A stretch of DNA of 64,000 bases from Eledone cirrhosa. Taxonomy: Eukaryota. The stretch is from positions 11,160,001 through 11,224,000 of the forward strand of contig OZ024748.1 of assembly GCA_964016885.1 (NCBI GenBank). Reading direction: 5' to 3'. Positions 44,111-60,731 of the stretch are shown piece after piece. The notes beneath the pieces are model-generated. The model made no database searches. It worked only from the letters and a program-made list of their open reading frames with translations, and was not told the DNA's origin. The position numbers were made by a program, and so were the translations under genes. Each line of letters starts with the position of its first letter. The first letter of the stretch is position 1.

Positions 44111-45024
44111 AATACATATATATATATAAACACATGTACACAACTACACTAAGCTGGTTGTGCTGGTGACAACAGAAAATGTCCAATCCAACCTGTAAGG
44201 TGGTCAGGCTGGTGACAACAAAAATCAGCCAGTCCACTGTGTAATGGTGGTCGTACTGATGACATGACGGAAAGCTCCAGTCCATAATGAAACTCACATA
44301 AATCCTGTCCTCCCCCTAGTACATTTTATCATGGCACAAGCACTTGGGAGTTTGGCATGGCTGAAGTTACACAATATGAAGATGGAGCTGGCATCTGTAA
44401 ATATGTGGACTTCACACAAAAATGTATGAATTAATTTTAATAAATTTTAAAAATGAAGTATTTCAGCTAAATGTTTATATTTACAATTTAGAAATTTAGA
44501 AATATCATAAAATCTTAACTTTTGCATCTCACTTTTAATTTATCTCCTGTGTTTCTTCATTATTTCAGAATTTGATATTGGCATAAAAGAATTTCATACA
44601 TCAAATACTATGGAATATTCAGCCACTTGCATGTTAATTTCACAAGCAGGCAGTTCCGTTGATCAACTGGAATACTTATTGTTGTAACCAATAGAGTGCC
44701 AGGGAACATCAGATACATCACCAATATTTATCAACAAAGGGAAGATATATAAAAAATATATAAACCCTGTAAAAATAAAAATATGGAAGAATTACTGTGA
44801 AATAATTTCTTCTAAACTGACATTAATATCAAATTTTTCTTCTTCACACCTTGAAAGTGTATAAGATGACTGGATAGATCTATGAAGCAGTTTGCTGTAT
44901 CTTCAGATATTGTCAAAGATCATTGTCGATGGACATATAGCAGTAAAAATATTTGAAAATAGGAAAAAAAATCTATGGAAAAATGTGAAGAATTTAAAGT
45001 ATTGAATTTTTTTTTCCTGAAGAG

Positions 45025-45801
45025 ATGTCAAAAGAGATAGGAAAATTATTATATTATTGTGACATCTGTGGCAAACCATTTTCTCGCAAAGGCCATCTAG
45101 CTACTCACAAACGTATTCATACAGGCGAGAAACCATTTCATTGTGATATCTGTGATAAATCATTTGCTGGAAGTAGTGGTTTAACTTCACACAAACGCAT
45201 TCACACAGGAGAGAAACCATATTATTGCAATATCTGTGGTAAATCATTCTCTGTAAATGCTCATTTAGCTGATCACAAACGAATTCATACAGGAGAGAAA
45301 CCATATCACTGTGATATCTGTGGTAAGTCATTCTGTCATAGAAATAGCTTAATTGGACACAAACATATACATACAGGAGAGAAACCATATCACTGTGATA
45401 TTTGTGGTAAATCATTCTCTGGAAGTAGTGACTTAACTAAACACATACGCATTCATACAGGAGAGAAACCATTCCACTGTGATGTCTGCGGTAAGTCATT
45501 CTCCGAAAATGGTGACCTAACTAAACACAATCGTATTCATACTGGAGAGAAGCCATATAATTGTGATATCTGTGGTAAATCATTCTCTGAAAATAGTGAC
45601 CTCACTAAACACATACGCATTCATACTGGAGAGAAACCATATCACTGTAATATCTGTGGTAAATCATTCTCCCTAAATGGTAATTTGACTATTCACAAAC
45701 GTATTCATACAGGAGAGAAACCATATCACTGTGACAGCTGTGGTAAATCATTCTTTCAGAAACGTCATTTAACTATACATGTATGTGTTCGTACAGAATA
45801 G
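45025..45801 (+). CDS. C2H2 zinc-finger protein (8 intact + 1 degenerate fingers)
   Basis: Tandem CxxCGKSF...HxxxH fingers with TGEKP linkers; ATG start and uninterrupted ORF. Possible splice acceptor TTATTTCAG at ~44568. Confidence 0.9.
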   Translation: MSKEIGKLLYYCDICGKPFSRKGHLATHKRIHTGEKPFHCDICDKSFAGSSGLTSHKRIHTGEKPYYCNICGKSFSVNAHLADHKRIHTGEKPYHCDICGKSFCHRNSLIGHKHIHTGEKPYHCDICGKSFSGSSDLTKHIRIHTGEKPFHCDVCGKSFSENGDLTKHNRIHTGEKPYNCDICGKSFSENSDLTKHIRIHTGEKPYHCNICGKSFSLNGNLTIHKRIHTGEKPYHCDSCGKSFFQKRHLTIHVCVRTE

Positions 45802-46605
45802 TAACTGTATCACTGTTAATATTCAGATCATAGGAAATAAAGTGAATCGAGTGTGATATTAATTTTTGTTGGTCTTCTTCTTCTTCTTCTTCTTCTTCTC
45901 CTCCTTTACATTCTGAGTTCAAATCCCGCCAAGGTTGGCTTTGCCTTTCATCCTTAGGTGTTGATAAATAAAGCACCAGTAATGCACTGGGGTCAATTTA
46001 ATCGACTCCCTCTCCCACTAAAATTGTTGGCCTTGTGTCTAAATCAGAAATTATTATTGAATCTCATCACACTTGCTGATGTGGTTTTCTTGATGGTGTT
46101 TGCCTAGTGGTAACTTGTACTCTCATTAGCTTCACACCACAGAAACCAGGATAAGCACCAGCCTGATGAGACTCTGGGCTCGAGATAGACTTTAGACTTT
46201 TTTTTAGTTGATATCTTTCACAATCTTCTCCTTTACTGTGAGTATTAATACCACAATATAATGGTATACTCTGTAAAGTGGCAGCAATGGTATCAAGAGG
46301 TTGAGAGGACCTTTCAGTACTTTTGAGGGCAAACTCATTAGTGCTAGTGGCAACACAAGGCCAGCAATTTTGCGGGGAGGGGAAAGTACATCAAATCGAC
46401 CCCACTGCATTACTGGTACTTTATTTTATCGACCCCGTAAGGATGAAAGGCAAAGTTAACCTCGGCGGGATTTGAACTCAGATCATAACATATATATATA
46501 GGTATACGAGATATTGTTTTCAGTTACTCTAGTTCAAGAATCCTACTGTATTGCTAAATCTTTATTTATCTATCGGTATATATATATGTATGTGTGTGTG
46601 TGTGC

Positions 46606-46636
<31 letters not shown>

Positions 46637-47373
46637 CATATATATATATACAAAGAATCAAAAACGCTGGATGAAGACAACAGACGAAACACCGTACAGT
46701 CCCTTCTTATCAATCGACCGTTGCAGGGGTCTTCGTCGTTTCGGACCTTAAATGTCGATATCACAAGCTCCAGTGCACATGGGACGATAAGAAATCGACA
46801 CAGGGCTCCCTCAGAAGTTATGGAACCATACTTTCATATATACTCATTGATTTACTACGATGGTGCTTCTCAATGTATTAAATTATGTAAAGGACTTTTA
46901 ACTTAAGTCACCGGTGTAATTTGTGCAAGAGAACATTGACAACGCCAGCTTTTATATATTATCTTTATATCTTTAATTAACCTAATTATAACATTTGCTG
47001 TATTTATCTTTTGCTAGGGTGAACGTTGATGTTGTGGATAACATAACTCGATCTACATGTTTCAGAATCGATGTTCCATCAAAAACATTGTTAAATATTT
47101 CATTTTATCACAAGTTACATTATATCGGGAATTTGTTGTTCCTAAATGTTATAGGACAGGGGAAATAGGTTTTAATCCCCAACCTATGAGTGAATAGCTT
47201 TCGGAGACCAAACAAAAGCAAGCAAATTTTTAAGGTAATTAATTTAACGCTCTAAGGAATAAACTTCAAATATAAAGCACATATTATTTAGATTGTCACC
47301 ACAGCATACATAAAGCTTGTGTATTTTTCTATTATATGTAGTTATACAATCCTGAGTTATCAGGACAACACGG

Positions 47374-47411
<38 letters not shown>

Positions 47412-47793
47412 GGATAGATGTGTACAGAATAGAAGTTTTTTTTTGTCAACGTGTATACTAGTTGAAGAGGACCCAGTTAGCAACAAAAATTCTAGTGCTT
47501 CGTAGAAAATATATTTACATTGCATTCATGATTTTAAAAAGCTAAATCATAACGACTGCTGACCACTTTCCCCTCGTCTATAAAGGTTTGTTTTTACACA
47601 ATGTTTAAAGCTATTTAAACAAACAGCTGTATTTACAGTTATTTTCGCCTTCAGAGTTTCCTACATTTCCTATGAACCTCATAATCTGCCGCCACTACTT
47701 CGAAAGTTCAAATTTTGCCTACGATGTTGTTTAAACCATAACAGTTTAATACTCACAGACATCTCAGTTTTTACGAATTCATTGAGAATTAAT

Positions 47794-49300
47794 ATGGAGG
47801 CTGATAATTGCTCGAACACTTCTAACACAACTGCTTTAAACAATATAGATACAGTTACACAGACATACAGTTGTGAGAAACCTTCACATAGTGAAACATT
47901 TACCAAACAAAAATCATTACACAGAAATATTCCTGAACATCACAATGAGATTTGTAAGAAAACATTTTCAAAAGATAAAGTCTCCACACACAAAGCGATA
48001 CATACTGGAGAAACTCCCTTTCACTGTGAAATATGTGGAAAATATTTTGCATCTAACAGTAATTTAACATCACACAAAACAATACACACTGGAGATAAAC
48101 CATTTCACTGTGAAATATATGGAAAATCCTTCACTCAGAATTCAGGTCTTGTTATCCATAAACGTAGCCACACTGGAGAAAAACCCTTCAATTGTGACAC
48201 ATGTGAGAAATCTTTTGTTTCAAAAGGGACTTTAACAAAACACAGGAGAACACACGCTGGAGAAAAACCCTTTCATTGTGAGACATGTGGGAAATCTTTT
48301 GTCTCTAAAAGTGTCTTAACAACACACAATAGGTTACACACAGGAGAAAAACGCTTCCACTGCAAAACATGTGGGAAATCTTTTATCAGTAATATACTTT
48401 TAAAATCACATGAAGCAGTACACACTGGAGAACAATTGTTTCCCTGTGAAATATGTGGAAAATCTTTCCTTAATAATTCCCATCTCATAGTTCACAAACG
48501 TATCCACACTGGAGAAAAACCATATCATTGTGAAGTGTGTGGAAAATCATTTGTTGATAATGGTACCTTAACAAGACACATAAAAATACACACAGGAGAA
48601 AGACCTTTTCACTGTGAAATATGTGAAAAATCATTTTGCTATAACTGTGATTTAACAATACACGAACGAACACATACAGGAGAAAAACCCTATCATTGCG
48701 AAGTTTGTAAGAAATCGTTTGCATATAACAGTGATTTAAACGGACACAAACGTATACACACTGGAGAAAAACCCTATCATTATGAAGTTTGTAAGAAATC
48801 GTTTACATATAACAGTGATTTAACAAAACACAAACGAATACATACTGAGAAAAACCTTATCATTGTGAATTATGTGGTAAAACATTCTCTGATAGTTCCC
48901 TTCTTGTAAGTCATAAACATAGTCACACTGGAGAGAAACCTTACAATTGTGAAATATGTGGGAAATCATGTGTTTCAAACAGTGTATTAACAGTACATCA
49001 TAGAACATACACTGGGGAGAAATCCCTCCATTGTGAAATATGTGGGAAATATTTTACCACTAATGGTGTCTTAAAATCACACAAAAAATACATACTGGGG
49101 AGAAACTGTGAAATGTGTAGGAAATCTTTTGTTTCAAAAGGGATTGAACAAAACACAAGAGAACACACACTGGAAAAAAACCCTTCCATTGTGAAATATT
49201 TAGGAAATCATTTGTCAGTAAAAGTCTTTTAAAAGGACACAAAAAAATACACAGAAAAGAGAAGCCTTTTAACAGTGAAACAGGAAATCTTCTGAAAAAT
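47794..49300 (+). pseudogene. C2H2 zinc-finger gene, frameshifted in its 3' part
   Basis: ORF MEADNCS... has ~8 intact fingers and two Cys>Tyr fingers. A 1-nt loss at ~48848 shifts the frame, and finger-like sequence continues out of frame. Confidence 0.75.
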
Positions 49301-52300
49301 AAAAACTTATCCACCAACAAGTACATATTAGAAAAAATATTTTTATGGTGAAATATATCTGAAACAATTTTTAGTCTACAAATGTACTCTTGTGAGTACT
49401 TGAGTCAATTCTTTCCCTGTATTTCTTACTTTCACTCTCTGGAATAAATCTGATATATTCACACCTGGAACGGGGTGGGCTCCACCAGGTTTAAAGTACT
49501 CAAGAAACACCAATTACGGTGCCCCAACAACTCCAACAGGAGTTACATGACTCACATCACACAGAAATTTTATATTTTAAATAAAATAAATCTTCAAACT
49601 CTAATATTTGTTGATGTTACTTTCTTGATAGTTGAAATCTTCAAAATTGATTCACCACTGAAAATATTATTTATAACAAAATATTGTTTAATAAAGTTGT
49701 TTCTATATATAACCTATACATACCTAAAGATAGTAGCTCCTACATCTTGATACACCTGATGTAGAACATTCCAATAGCTTAGTTACAGTGTCTGTAGTTA
49801 TATTTCATTGTTTGGCTAGCTTGGAGATCAGAGAGTTGTTCCAGGTAGAGCAGCTACTTTTCCAAATTGAGAGATTACAGCTCCGGTATTGCAGGCATAT
49901 GGTTAGAATGTCTCAGGAAAGAATCACTGGACAGATTTTATAGAAAAAAAACTGGCAGGCAATCCAGTAGACCCGAAGCAGGATGGTTAGATAACATCCA
50001 TGAGCTTGGGGATCCAAACCGTATTTTCCTGGTTTATAACAACAACCATGTTTAGATGCTGCTTATCTAGCAACACAGTTTTTGATCATTTGTTGCTTGT
50101 GTTAAGGCCAAGTCTACTATTTCCATTTACCAAGTATTTTAATAAAGATTGCCAGAACAACAATATGACAGGCCAAAGTTAGATCTGAGAGACACTATTA
50201 TTTTTAAACCATACAAAGACAACAATCCCTAATTATCTGAAGTTATAACAGTGAGCAAACTGCAATAGTTGATGAAAGAAGAGGGTCATCCTTGTACTTT
50301 GAAAAGGACCTACAACTAGTAGTTATAGGCATTTTTTTATAGGGGTCGAATTACCCTCTCCCCAATTGTCTGTTGAAGATAGCTGTCATTATTTTCTCAT
50401 TCTTCTACAAATATTTTACACCAAGATTCAGTTTCAACTGATGTACATCTATTATCTAAACACTTTCTTAACTTTTACCATTCCATTATTGAATCTCTTC
50501 AGGGTGGTGGATAGGCAGAATCAGTAGAACGTCGGACAACATGCTTTGTGGCCCTTTACATTCTGAGCCCAAATCCCGCCATGTTTAGCTTTGCTTTTCA
50601 TCTTTATGGGGTTGATAAATAAAGCACCTGTAATGCACTGGGGTTGATTTAATTGACTTTCCCCTCCCCTAAAATTGTTGGCCTTGTGCCTAAATCAAAA
50701 ATCATTATTGAATCTCTTCACACTTCTTGGTGTTTGCCTAGTGTAACAGTGGTGGACTTATGATTATGATGTCATAGTTTCAATTCCTAGACTGGGTTGT
50801 GTGTTGTGTTCTTGAGCAAAATACTTCATTTCACGTTGCTCCAGTATATTCAGTTGAAAATAAGTACCAGCAATAGCAGGAGGTTTAACCCTGTGATGGA
50901 CTGGTGTTCTGTCCAGGCAGCACCCAAATTGAAATGGCATTTCAGTAAGCCTTAGAAATGTTTGGCAGGGCCCATCTTCCCATAACTGGTGTAACCAGTT
51001 ATTGGGGTACCACTCTATATGTGCCTCTGGTGCAGCCAGGCGTTGGGGTGCCATTTTAGAGGTTTGACTGTGTAGTCCATCATGGCATTTCTGTGAGCCT
51101 TAGAAATGTTTGGTGGTGTAAAGTAAATTTAGCAGGACATTAAACTCAACAGATGAGTGAGGGAGTGGAGTTTTATACTTTCATGTCATACTAGAATACC
51201 TTTAAAAAGGGACAGCCCCAAAATTACATTCCCATTCTTCCACAAAAAAAAAAATGTTTTCAAACTCACAAACCTCTATAATTTTTACTGACACACATCA
51301 CCACCAGTTGCCCTATTTTGCAAATATCAAAATATTTATCTACCTACCAGCAGAATTAAAGCTAATCTTTGCTCATTTATTCCTGAGCGGGGTCATGAAG
51401 CAAAGTCCTCAAACACTCCTAGCAGGTCCTGTCAGAAGCAACCATTTCCACCTGATTCAGTTGGATCCTCAAGCAACTCCAGCCAAGCTCATGGATGTCA
51501 ACTAACCATCTTGCTTGGGGTCTACTACCGGTTGGTTTTGAACATAAAATCTGTCCAGTGATTCTTTCCTGAGACATTCTAACCATATGCCTGCAATACC
51601 GGAGCTGTGATCTCTCAATTCGGAAAAGTAGCTGCTCTACCTGGAACAACTCTGATCTCCAAGCTACCCAAACAATGAAATATAACTACAGACACTTTAA
51701 CTAAGCTATTGGAATGTTCTACATCAGGTGTATCAAGATATAGGAGCTACTATCTTTAGGTATGTATAGGTTATATATAGAAACAACTTTATTAAACAAT
51801 ATTTTGTTATAAATAATATTTTCAGTGGTGAATCAATTTTGAAGATTTCAACTATCAAGAAAGTAACATCAACAAATATTAGAGTTTGAAGATTTTTTAT
51901 TTAAAATATATAAAATTTCTGTGTGTGATGTGATAGTCATGTAACTCCTGTTGGAGTTGTTGGGGCACCGTAATTGGCGTTTCTTGGGTACTTTAAACTT
52001 GGTGGAGCCCACCCCTCTCCAGGTTTGAATACATCAGATTTATTCCAGAGAATGATTGAGAATGAGAGAGAGAGAAAGTAAGAAAGAATTGACTCAAGTA
52101 CTCACAAGAGTACATTTGTAGACTAAAAATTATTTCAGATATATTTCACCATAAAAATATTTTTTCTAATATGTACTTGTTGGTGGATAATAAGTTTATA
52201 TTTTTCTAAACATTTTTTGTTTCACTGTTAAAAGGCTCCTCTTTTCTGTGTATTTTTTGTGTCTTTTAAAGACTTTTACTAACAAATGATTTCCTAAATA

Positions 52301-52397
52301 TTTCACATGGAAGGGCTTTTCTCCAGTGTGTGTTCTGTTGTGTTTTGTTAAATCCCCTTTTGAAACAAAAGATTTCCTACACATTTCATAGTTTCTC

Positions 52398-54409
<2,012 letters not shown>

Positions 54410-55205
54410 ATTAATTCTCAATGAATTCGTAACAACTGAGAGATGTCTGTGAGTATTAAACTGTTATGGTTTAAACAACATCGTAGGCAAAATTTGAACT
54501 TTCGAAGTAGTGGCAGATTATGAGTTTCATAGGAAATGTAGGAAACTCTGAAGGCGAAAATAACTGTAAATACAGTTGTTTGTTTTAAATAGTTTTAAAA
54601 ATCGTGTAAAAAGATCATTTATAGACGTGGGAAAGTGGCCAGCAGTCGTTATGATTTAGCTTTTTTAAAATCATGAATGCAATGTAAATATATTTTCTAC
54701 GAAGCATTAGAATTTTTGTTGCTAACTGGGTCCTCTTCAACTAGTATGCATGTTGACAAAAAAAACTTCTATTCTGTACACATCTATCCATATGTATATG
54801 TAAAGTAAACAAAACAAACGCCACAGTACATAGAAGAAATATATAAGTTTAACGCTTGAAATAGCAGGAAGAGAGTCTCAATGCTTCGGACACTCGTCCT
54901 TCACCAGAGATAGATTTAGAAATAAAAAGTAAGGAGTCATAAGAGAAGGGACGGGGAAAATGAGAGAAAAAAGGGAAACGTGCATATTTAGTCAGCCATC
55001 TTAGAGGGTGACTCGTCAGATGGTATTTTCCGCGTTAGAGAGGTCTGGAAAGGGAGATAATCAATGTGAACAAGTAGTTATGTGCGTGTGTTCGTATGTT
55101 CGAAGAAGCCTTGAAACCGTGTTGTCCTGATAACTCAGGATTGTATAACTACATATAGTAGAAAAATACACAAGCTTTATGTATGCTGTGGTGACAATCT
55201 AAATA

Positions 55206-55290
55206 CAGTCGAGTCCGCTTAAGTGTATACCCCCGGGAATGGAAAATAGTATACTCTTAACCGAACTATACTCTTATCCGGGCTAAGTAA
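55206..55290 (+). mobile_element. Tc1/pogo(Tigger)-like terminal sequence at a TA site
   Basis: TA|CAGTCGAGTCCGCTTAAG starts exactly where homology to the left arm breaks. Confidence 0.45.
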
Positions 55291-55344
55291 AAATATTCCA
55301 TAGTATTATTATTTTGAGTCTTTCAATGATTAATAATCGCTTTA

Positions 55345-55500
55345 TTATCGTTTAAAATGCAAGGCAACAAAACTTTCTTGCAACATTGTAGAGTGAATAT
55401 AAAATTTTATAAGCTTCAGCTTTGAGAAACTACTCTCTCCATTTTCCATCGATACTGGAAGTGTGAAAAGGATGCTCAATGCAATAGCATCATTTGAGTG
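55345..55500 (-). mobile_element. hAT transposase C-terminal dimerisation-domain remnant
   Basis: Hand translation of the reverse strand: ALSILFTLPVSMENGESSFSKLKLIKFYIHSTMLQE, matching the hAT 'T.PV....ERSFSKLKLIK..RSTM.QE' motif. Confidence 0.75.
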
Positions 55501-55872
55501 ATATAAAAAAATTTCCCGATTTTAGAATTATTCCAGTTTATAATTTTTCCGAACTTACAAGGAAAAAATACGTATTGACGCATTCACATATTTAGAGGTA
55601 ATATTACGTGAGCACAATCACGTGACAAATCACATTATTCTTTCAAAAGGAAAAGTTCAGCGCCATGTTTCTTCACGTGACAAATCACATTATTCTTTCA
55701 AAAGGAAAAGTTCAGCGCCATGTTTCTTCAGGGAATATCGCAAGTGTCAACAAACGCAAGAGAAAAGAAGAAACAGTAAAAGCAAAAGATAAGAAAATGG
55801 TAAATAATATCAAATAATTATTAAAAAGTGTCGACATTAAAAACGTTCAGTCTGAGGGATGAGTTATGTATA

Positions 55873-58258
55873 TGTAGCGCTCTCTAGACAAGAAGTAGCT
55901 GGAGTTACTTCCCGTTGAGGTTGCAGAACCTTCTTAGGGACTTCCGTCCGAGGGAACTATAAGGGAGAGAGCCGAAAGCTAACTCCCTCTCATTCCAGCT
56001 TTCGGCCAGGCGGGTTCCGCCGAAGGTATACTCTCTCGCTTCCTGACCAGTGAAAAGGTAAACAACTAACTTTCTTTCGTCGTGAAATCACTAGCCAACA
56101 TGTAACACAACAACAATAACCACGGCCTGGCAACACTTCAGCCAGTGGACAGTGCATCCTGAATTCCTTAATTCATTCTTTCATCTCTCTTGGCATGTCA
56201 GCTATTCAGCTCTACTCAGCTCAATCTTCGTAAATAAATATTGTACATACAACCTCAGTCACCCTGTTATAATTGGTGACCCCGAGAAAAAAATAATAGG
56301 TCGTGATGTTGTGTGAATATAAAAAAAAAAAGAAAATTAATTAGCAGTATTTCAAAAAGAAAAAAATTCCTCTAACAACGTTCCACATGGATTTTTTTTC
56401 TCCGAAACTGTCTACAACGAAAAATATAAGTAATCTTTCCTCAGCAGCAAACAAACAAGAAAAATTTTGCTTTTCACCTCACGTGTTTACATCGTTTAAA
56501 TGTGTTTCAATCACTGGATATATCCTTCGTTCGTCTCACAACGAACACTCAAAAAGACTTGGACTCCTGTATTCTTATATTCAACATGTCAATTTTGATG
56601 AACATCACAGTTCGCTTACTCATTCAACTAAGCCCTTTTCGATACTTTTTCATCACTTTAAAAAAAAAAATTGAACTCTCGCCATATACAAAGTGAATAT
56701 AGCCTTTCCTTCTTTTTCATCATATTATCACATTCACACACACATTTTACAAAATGGCTGCCAACGACCTGTTGCACTATCATTTTCGCGCCATTTTCTC
56801 GCGCAATAGAAATTTTTTTTTCCAACTTGACTTTAACCTTGTTTCGGCACGTGTGGGAGCACACATTTCGTCTCACTGAGATAACACACGCCATAGATAA
56901 TGTTTCTTGCCAAGGATTCTCCAGCCTTAAGCTATATTCTCCTATTTGCCGGTTTAAAAATGTACCACGTAAATTTGCCGTTGAAAACTGCGCATTTATT
57001 CAGAATGATTATTTCTATGGTCGCTGGCCTCTTGACCCATCCAAGTCAACGCGTTCTCAACATCGACCATCAACTTTGGCTGTTATTTCTAGCACTTTGC
57101 GCAACTCATTTTTTCTGGGAAACTTTTTACTGTGAATGGAAACATCGAATAGGCTCACTCCGCGAGACAACAACAACACAGCTTCATCTTTGCTTTATCA
57201 ACAACCAAAACCAGCAGAACAAAACAGAGAATTTATTTTTGCAGCACTCTTCCTGTGAGAAAATCCCACCACCTTCGGAGGTTGGGGATTTCACGTTGTA
57301 CCACAGTCCAGAAACCACCTGCATATATTCTCTGGAGGACACACCCTCTTTCCTGCTGTCATGTTAACTTTATTTTTGAACATTTGAACCTTTTTTTTTA
57401 ATAACTATGTTCGAGCACGTTTCTTTGCTCCTTTGACCTCTTCTTAGGTTGATTACATTGTATCTTTGTGTGATCGATAGATAAGATGTCCAGTCGTTCT
57501 CTGGCCAAGAGCGGTTTGCTACCTTGATATCTATCATTAATATTTTTGGCAGTATCGGTAGAGGGTCGGACGCCATGCTTTCCAGCATAGTTACGTCCCT
57601 TTACGATCTGAGTTCAAATCCCGCCGAGGTTGACTTTGCCTTTCATCCTTACGGGGTCGATAAAATAAAGTACCAGTAATGCACTGGGTAATTGCTGGCC
57701 TTGTGCCTAAAGTAGAAACAATTAATTTTTGCATGCTCATTTTGCTATTTGCTTGCTCATGTTTTGTTCATTCATGTTCTTGTACCTTTTGCCTTGCTCC
57801 TCGTGTTCTCGCTACAATGATTTCATTTGGTCATTCGACTTCTCGTCTGGGAGGGGAGTGCTGTAGCGCTCTCTAACAGGAAGTAGCTGGAGTTACTTCC
57901 CGTTGAGGTTGCAGAACCTTCTTAGGGACTTCCGTCCGAGGGAACTATAAAGGAGAGAGCCGACAGCTTACTCCCTCTCATTCCACCTTTCGGCCAGGCG
58001 TGTTCCGCCGAAGGTATACTCTCTCGCTTCCTGACCAGTGAAAAGGTAAACAACTAACTTTTTTTCGTCGTGAAATCACTAGCCAACACGTAACACAACA
58101 ACAATAACCACGGCCTGGCAACACTTCAGCCAGTGGACAGTGCATCCTGAATTCCTTAATTCATTCTTTCATCTCTCTTGGCATGTCAGCTATTCAGCTC
58201 TACTCAGCTCAATCTTCGTAAATAAATATTGTACATACAACCCAGTGTCGCTGTTATA
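55873..58258 (+). mobile_element. Non-autonomous LTR retrotransposon (Gypsy-like PBS), ~2.4 kb
   Basis: LTRs at 55873-56271 and 57862-58258 (TGTAGC...TGTTATA). PBS TGGTGACCCCGA at 56274, PPT GGGAGGGGAG before the 3' LTR, TATA on both flanks. SINE inserted at ~57545-57725. Confidence 0.9.
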
Positions 58259-58354
58259 TATATGTTACAGGAGTCGCATTACACGAATAATTAAGTTTCA
58301 TACATACATACATATATATATATGTGTGTGAATGTGTATATATATATATATATT

Positions 58355-58872
58355 CCTCCTGGAAACTGTTCAGAGACGTGCAACCAAGCGCATACGCTCC
58401 ATAAGACACCTACCATACTCTGAACGCCTTGCTTCCCTGGGCATGGATTCATTGAAGCTCCGGCGTCTGGCAATGGACTTGGTAAACACCCACAAAGTTA
58501 TTAACCATCTCGCCAACAACAACCCTGAGCACCTTTTTGATCTCCATATGTCTAACACACGTGGACATGCCTACAAAAACAGCACAGCTCCCATGACTTT
58601 CGGAAACATTTTTTCACGCTCAGAGTTGCTGAAGCATGGAACAAACTGCCTGCGTCAGTTGTTAGCTGCCGAGACAGTGCATCCTTTAAAACCCCCATGC
58701 TTCCTGAAATTCACCAAAACTACACCTGATGTACCCTTTCCATACATGTGTATATCATGACTCATGCACTGTTCATTTTCCTGACGTTTGTACATTACCC
58801 TATGTACTATACATACACTTTTTGATGAGTTGTAGTGCACCTGAGCACTGTACACAATATTTCATTATTATT
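58355..58872 (+). mobile_element. CR1-like LINE 3' fragment
   Basis: LLETVQRRATKRI...LPYSERLASLGMDSLKLRRL...TRGH; short (ATT)n tail. Confidence 0.85.
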
Positions 58873-59168
58873 ATATATATGTATGTATGTATATATGTGT
58901 ATGTATATATATGAAATGTATATATATATGTATGTGTATATATGCTCCAATGATTCCAGACATCCGTCTGGAAGAAACAATTATCAGCAATTAAATGTAT
59001 TAAACTAAGATTTTATTGTTTTATATTTTGTATCTCGGCTCTGTAATACATTTGAAAATTTACATTGAGCCTTTTCTCCTACCGGTAACTGGCTAGTACT
59101 TAGTACTACCATCCATATTTATAATCATATATAAGTATAAATATTACTATGTATGTATATATATATAT

Positions 59169-59356
59169 AATTGTTTCTACTTTAGGCACAAGGCCAGCAA
59201 TTACCCAGTGCATTACTGGTACTTTATTTTATCGACCCCGTAAGGATGAAAGGCAAAGTCAACCTCGGCGGGATTTGAACTCGGATCGTAAAGGGACGTA
59301 ACTATGCTGGAAAGCATGGCGTCCGACCCTCTACCGATACTGCCAATCCACCACCC
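59169..59356 (-). mobile_element. SINE family A
   Basis: Full motif set; nearly identical to 57545-57725. Confidence 0.85.
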
Positions 59357-59431
59357 TGTATGTATATATATATATATATAATGTGTGTGTGTATATAATA
59401 ATAAAGACGGTATCACTTGTTCATCCCTATT

Positions 59432-59507
59432 TATTTTATTATACTTATTTCGAAGACATATGTCATTTGTATAACATCTGCCCTACGTGTTTTCTTCAGA
59501 CAAAAAT
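59432..59507 (-). ncRNA. Type I HHR motif in imperfect fold-back 59403-59628
   Basis: Reverse strand TTTTGT-CTGAAGA-AAACACGT...ATGTCTTC-GAAA-TAAGTA-TA-ATAAAA. Confidence 0.55.
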
Positions 59508-60429
59508 CCATGCAAGATGTAAATATCCATTGATATGAGAACACGTAGGGCAGATGTTATACAAATGAAATATGCCTTTAAAATACGCATAATAAAATAA
59601 ATAGGGATAGGCAAATGATACCGTCTTTCTTGTTTATCATTATCTATAAAAGGCAGATTGTTGTTGTGTGTGTTCATGTTCCAGGTTTATACATTTGCAC
59701 AATTTCAAACCGATTCGACTCAGTCTGTAAGAATGTTGTAAATGGTCTAACTTAGGTCAACGACTATTTATTTACATGTTACCAGTAGCACCAACTGGTG
59801 ACCTGACATAATAAAGGGAATGATTGCATACATACATACAATGGTTAAAGCGTTTGACTGACGACCATAAGTTCATAGGTTCATATTTGGGACCGGGTAG
59901 TTATTGAATCAACCTGATATCAATGTTTATTATACAGCACACTTCCTCTTTGGTATATGACACAGTAATATCTAACACAGTACCCATCTAATCTGTTATA
60001 ATATGATTTAACTTTCCTCTGTGAAGGCACATGGCTTAGGGGTTACGGTACTGGACTAACCATTATAAAGTCATGGGCTCGTTTCTTCGATCCTGCAGCA
60101 TGTTGCGTTCTTCAGTAAAATACTTTAGTTCGTGTAACATCTTCTACCAGGGCTTGTGGCAGACAGATAATATCAGTAATGGAAAAAACCTTGTATCATT
60201 AGTATGACCTGGAAATCAGTTCCACTCTATCTTCTTTATTAAAGGCAATCAAATTATTTTTTATTTTATTCTTTTTCTTATTTTTCCATGTTTGTTAAAT
60301 CCAAAAAATCAAACTAAATTGAAATTTTGTAATAAAATTTCCATAAAAGTTAATGTTTACAATACAATAAAATGTATTGAAGTCGACGAAATGTGGACCT
60401 TCGTTTTTGAAAGATGGATAATGCTATAA

Positions 60430-60694
60430 GCAGACCATACAATATTGTACCACAATTTTCCTTTGTGCAAAAGTGGGCAGCTGAATTTAGGAAAGGATAG
60501 GGGATTCTTGAAGATGACCCAATGTCTGGACGTCCTACAACTGCCACTACCGAGGAAAACATTGATCTCAGTACTGCAACACCGATGGAAGAAGTGTGTG
60601 GAACGCAAGGGAGACTATGTTGAAAAATAAACCTCATTTGGTCACATTCTATGAGAGTATCTTTGCCAACCTATGACATTTTCAGTCAACCCTC

Positions 60695-60695
<1 letters not shown>
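60430..60695 (+). mobile_element. Internally deleted mariner element (transposase remnants + right TIR)
   Basis: LEDDPMSGRPTTATTEENI (hand translation) joined to LQHRWKKCVERKGDYVEK*; ends TTTTCAGTCAACCCTCG-TA. Confidence 0.8.
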
Positions 60696-60731
<36 letters not shown>

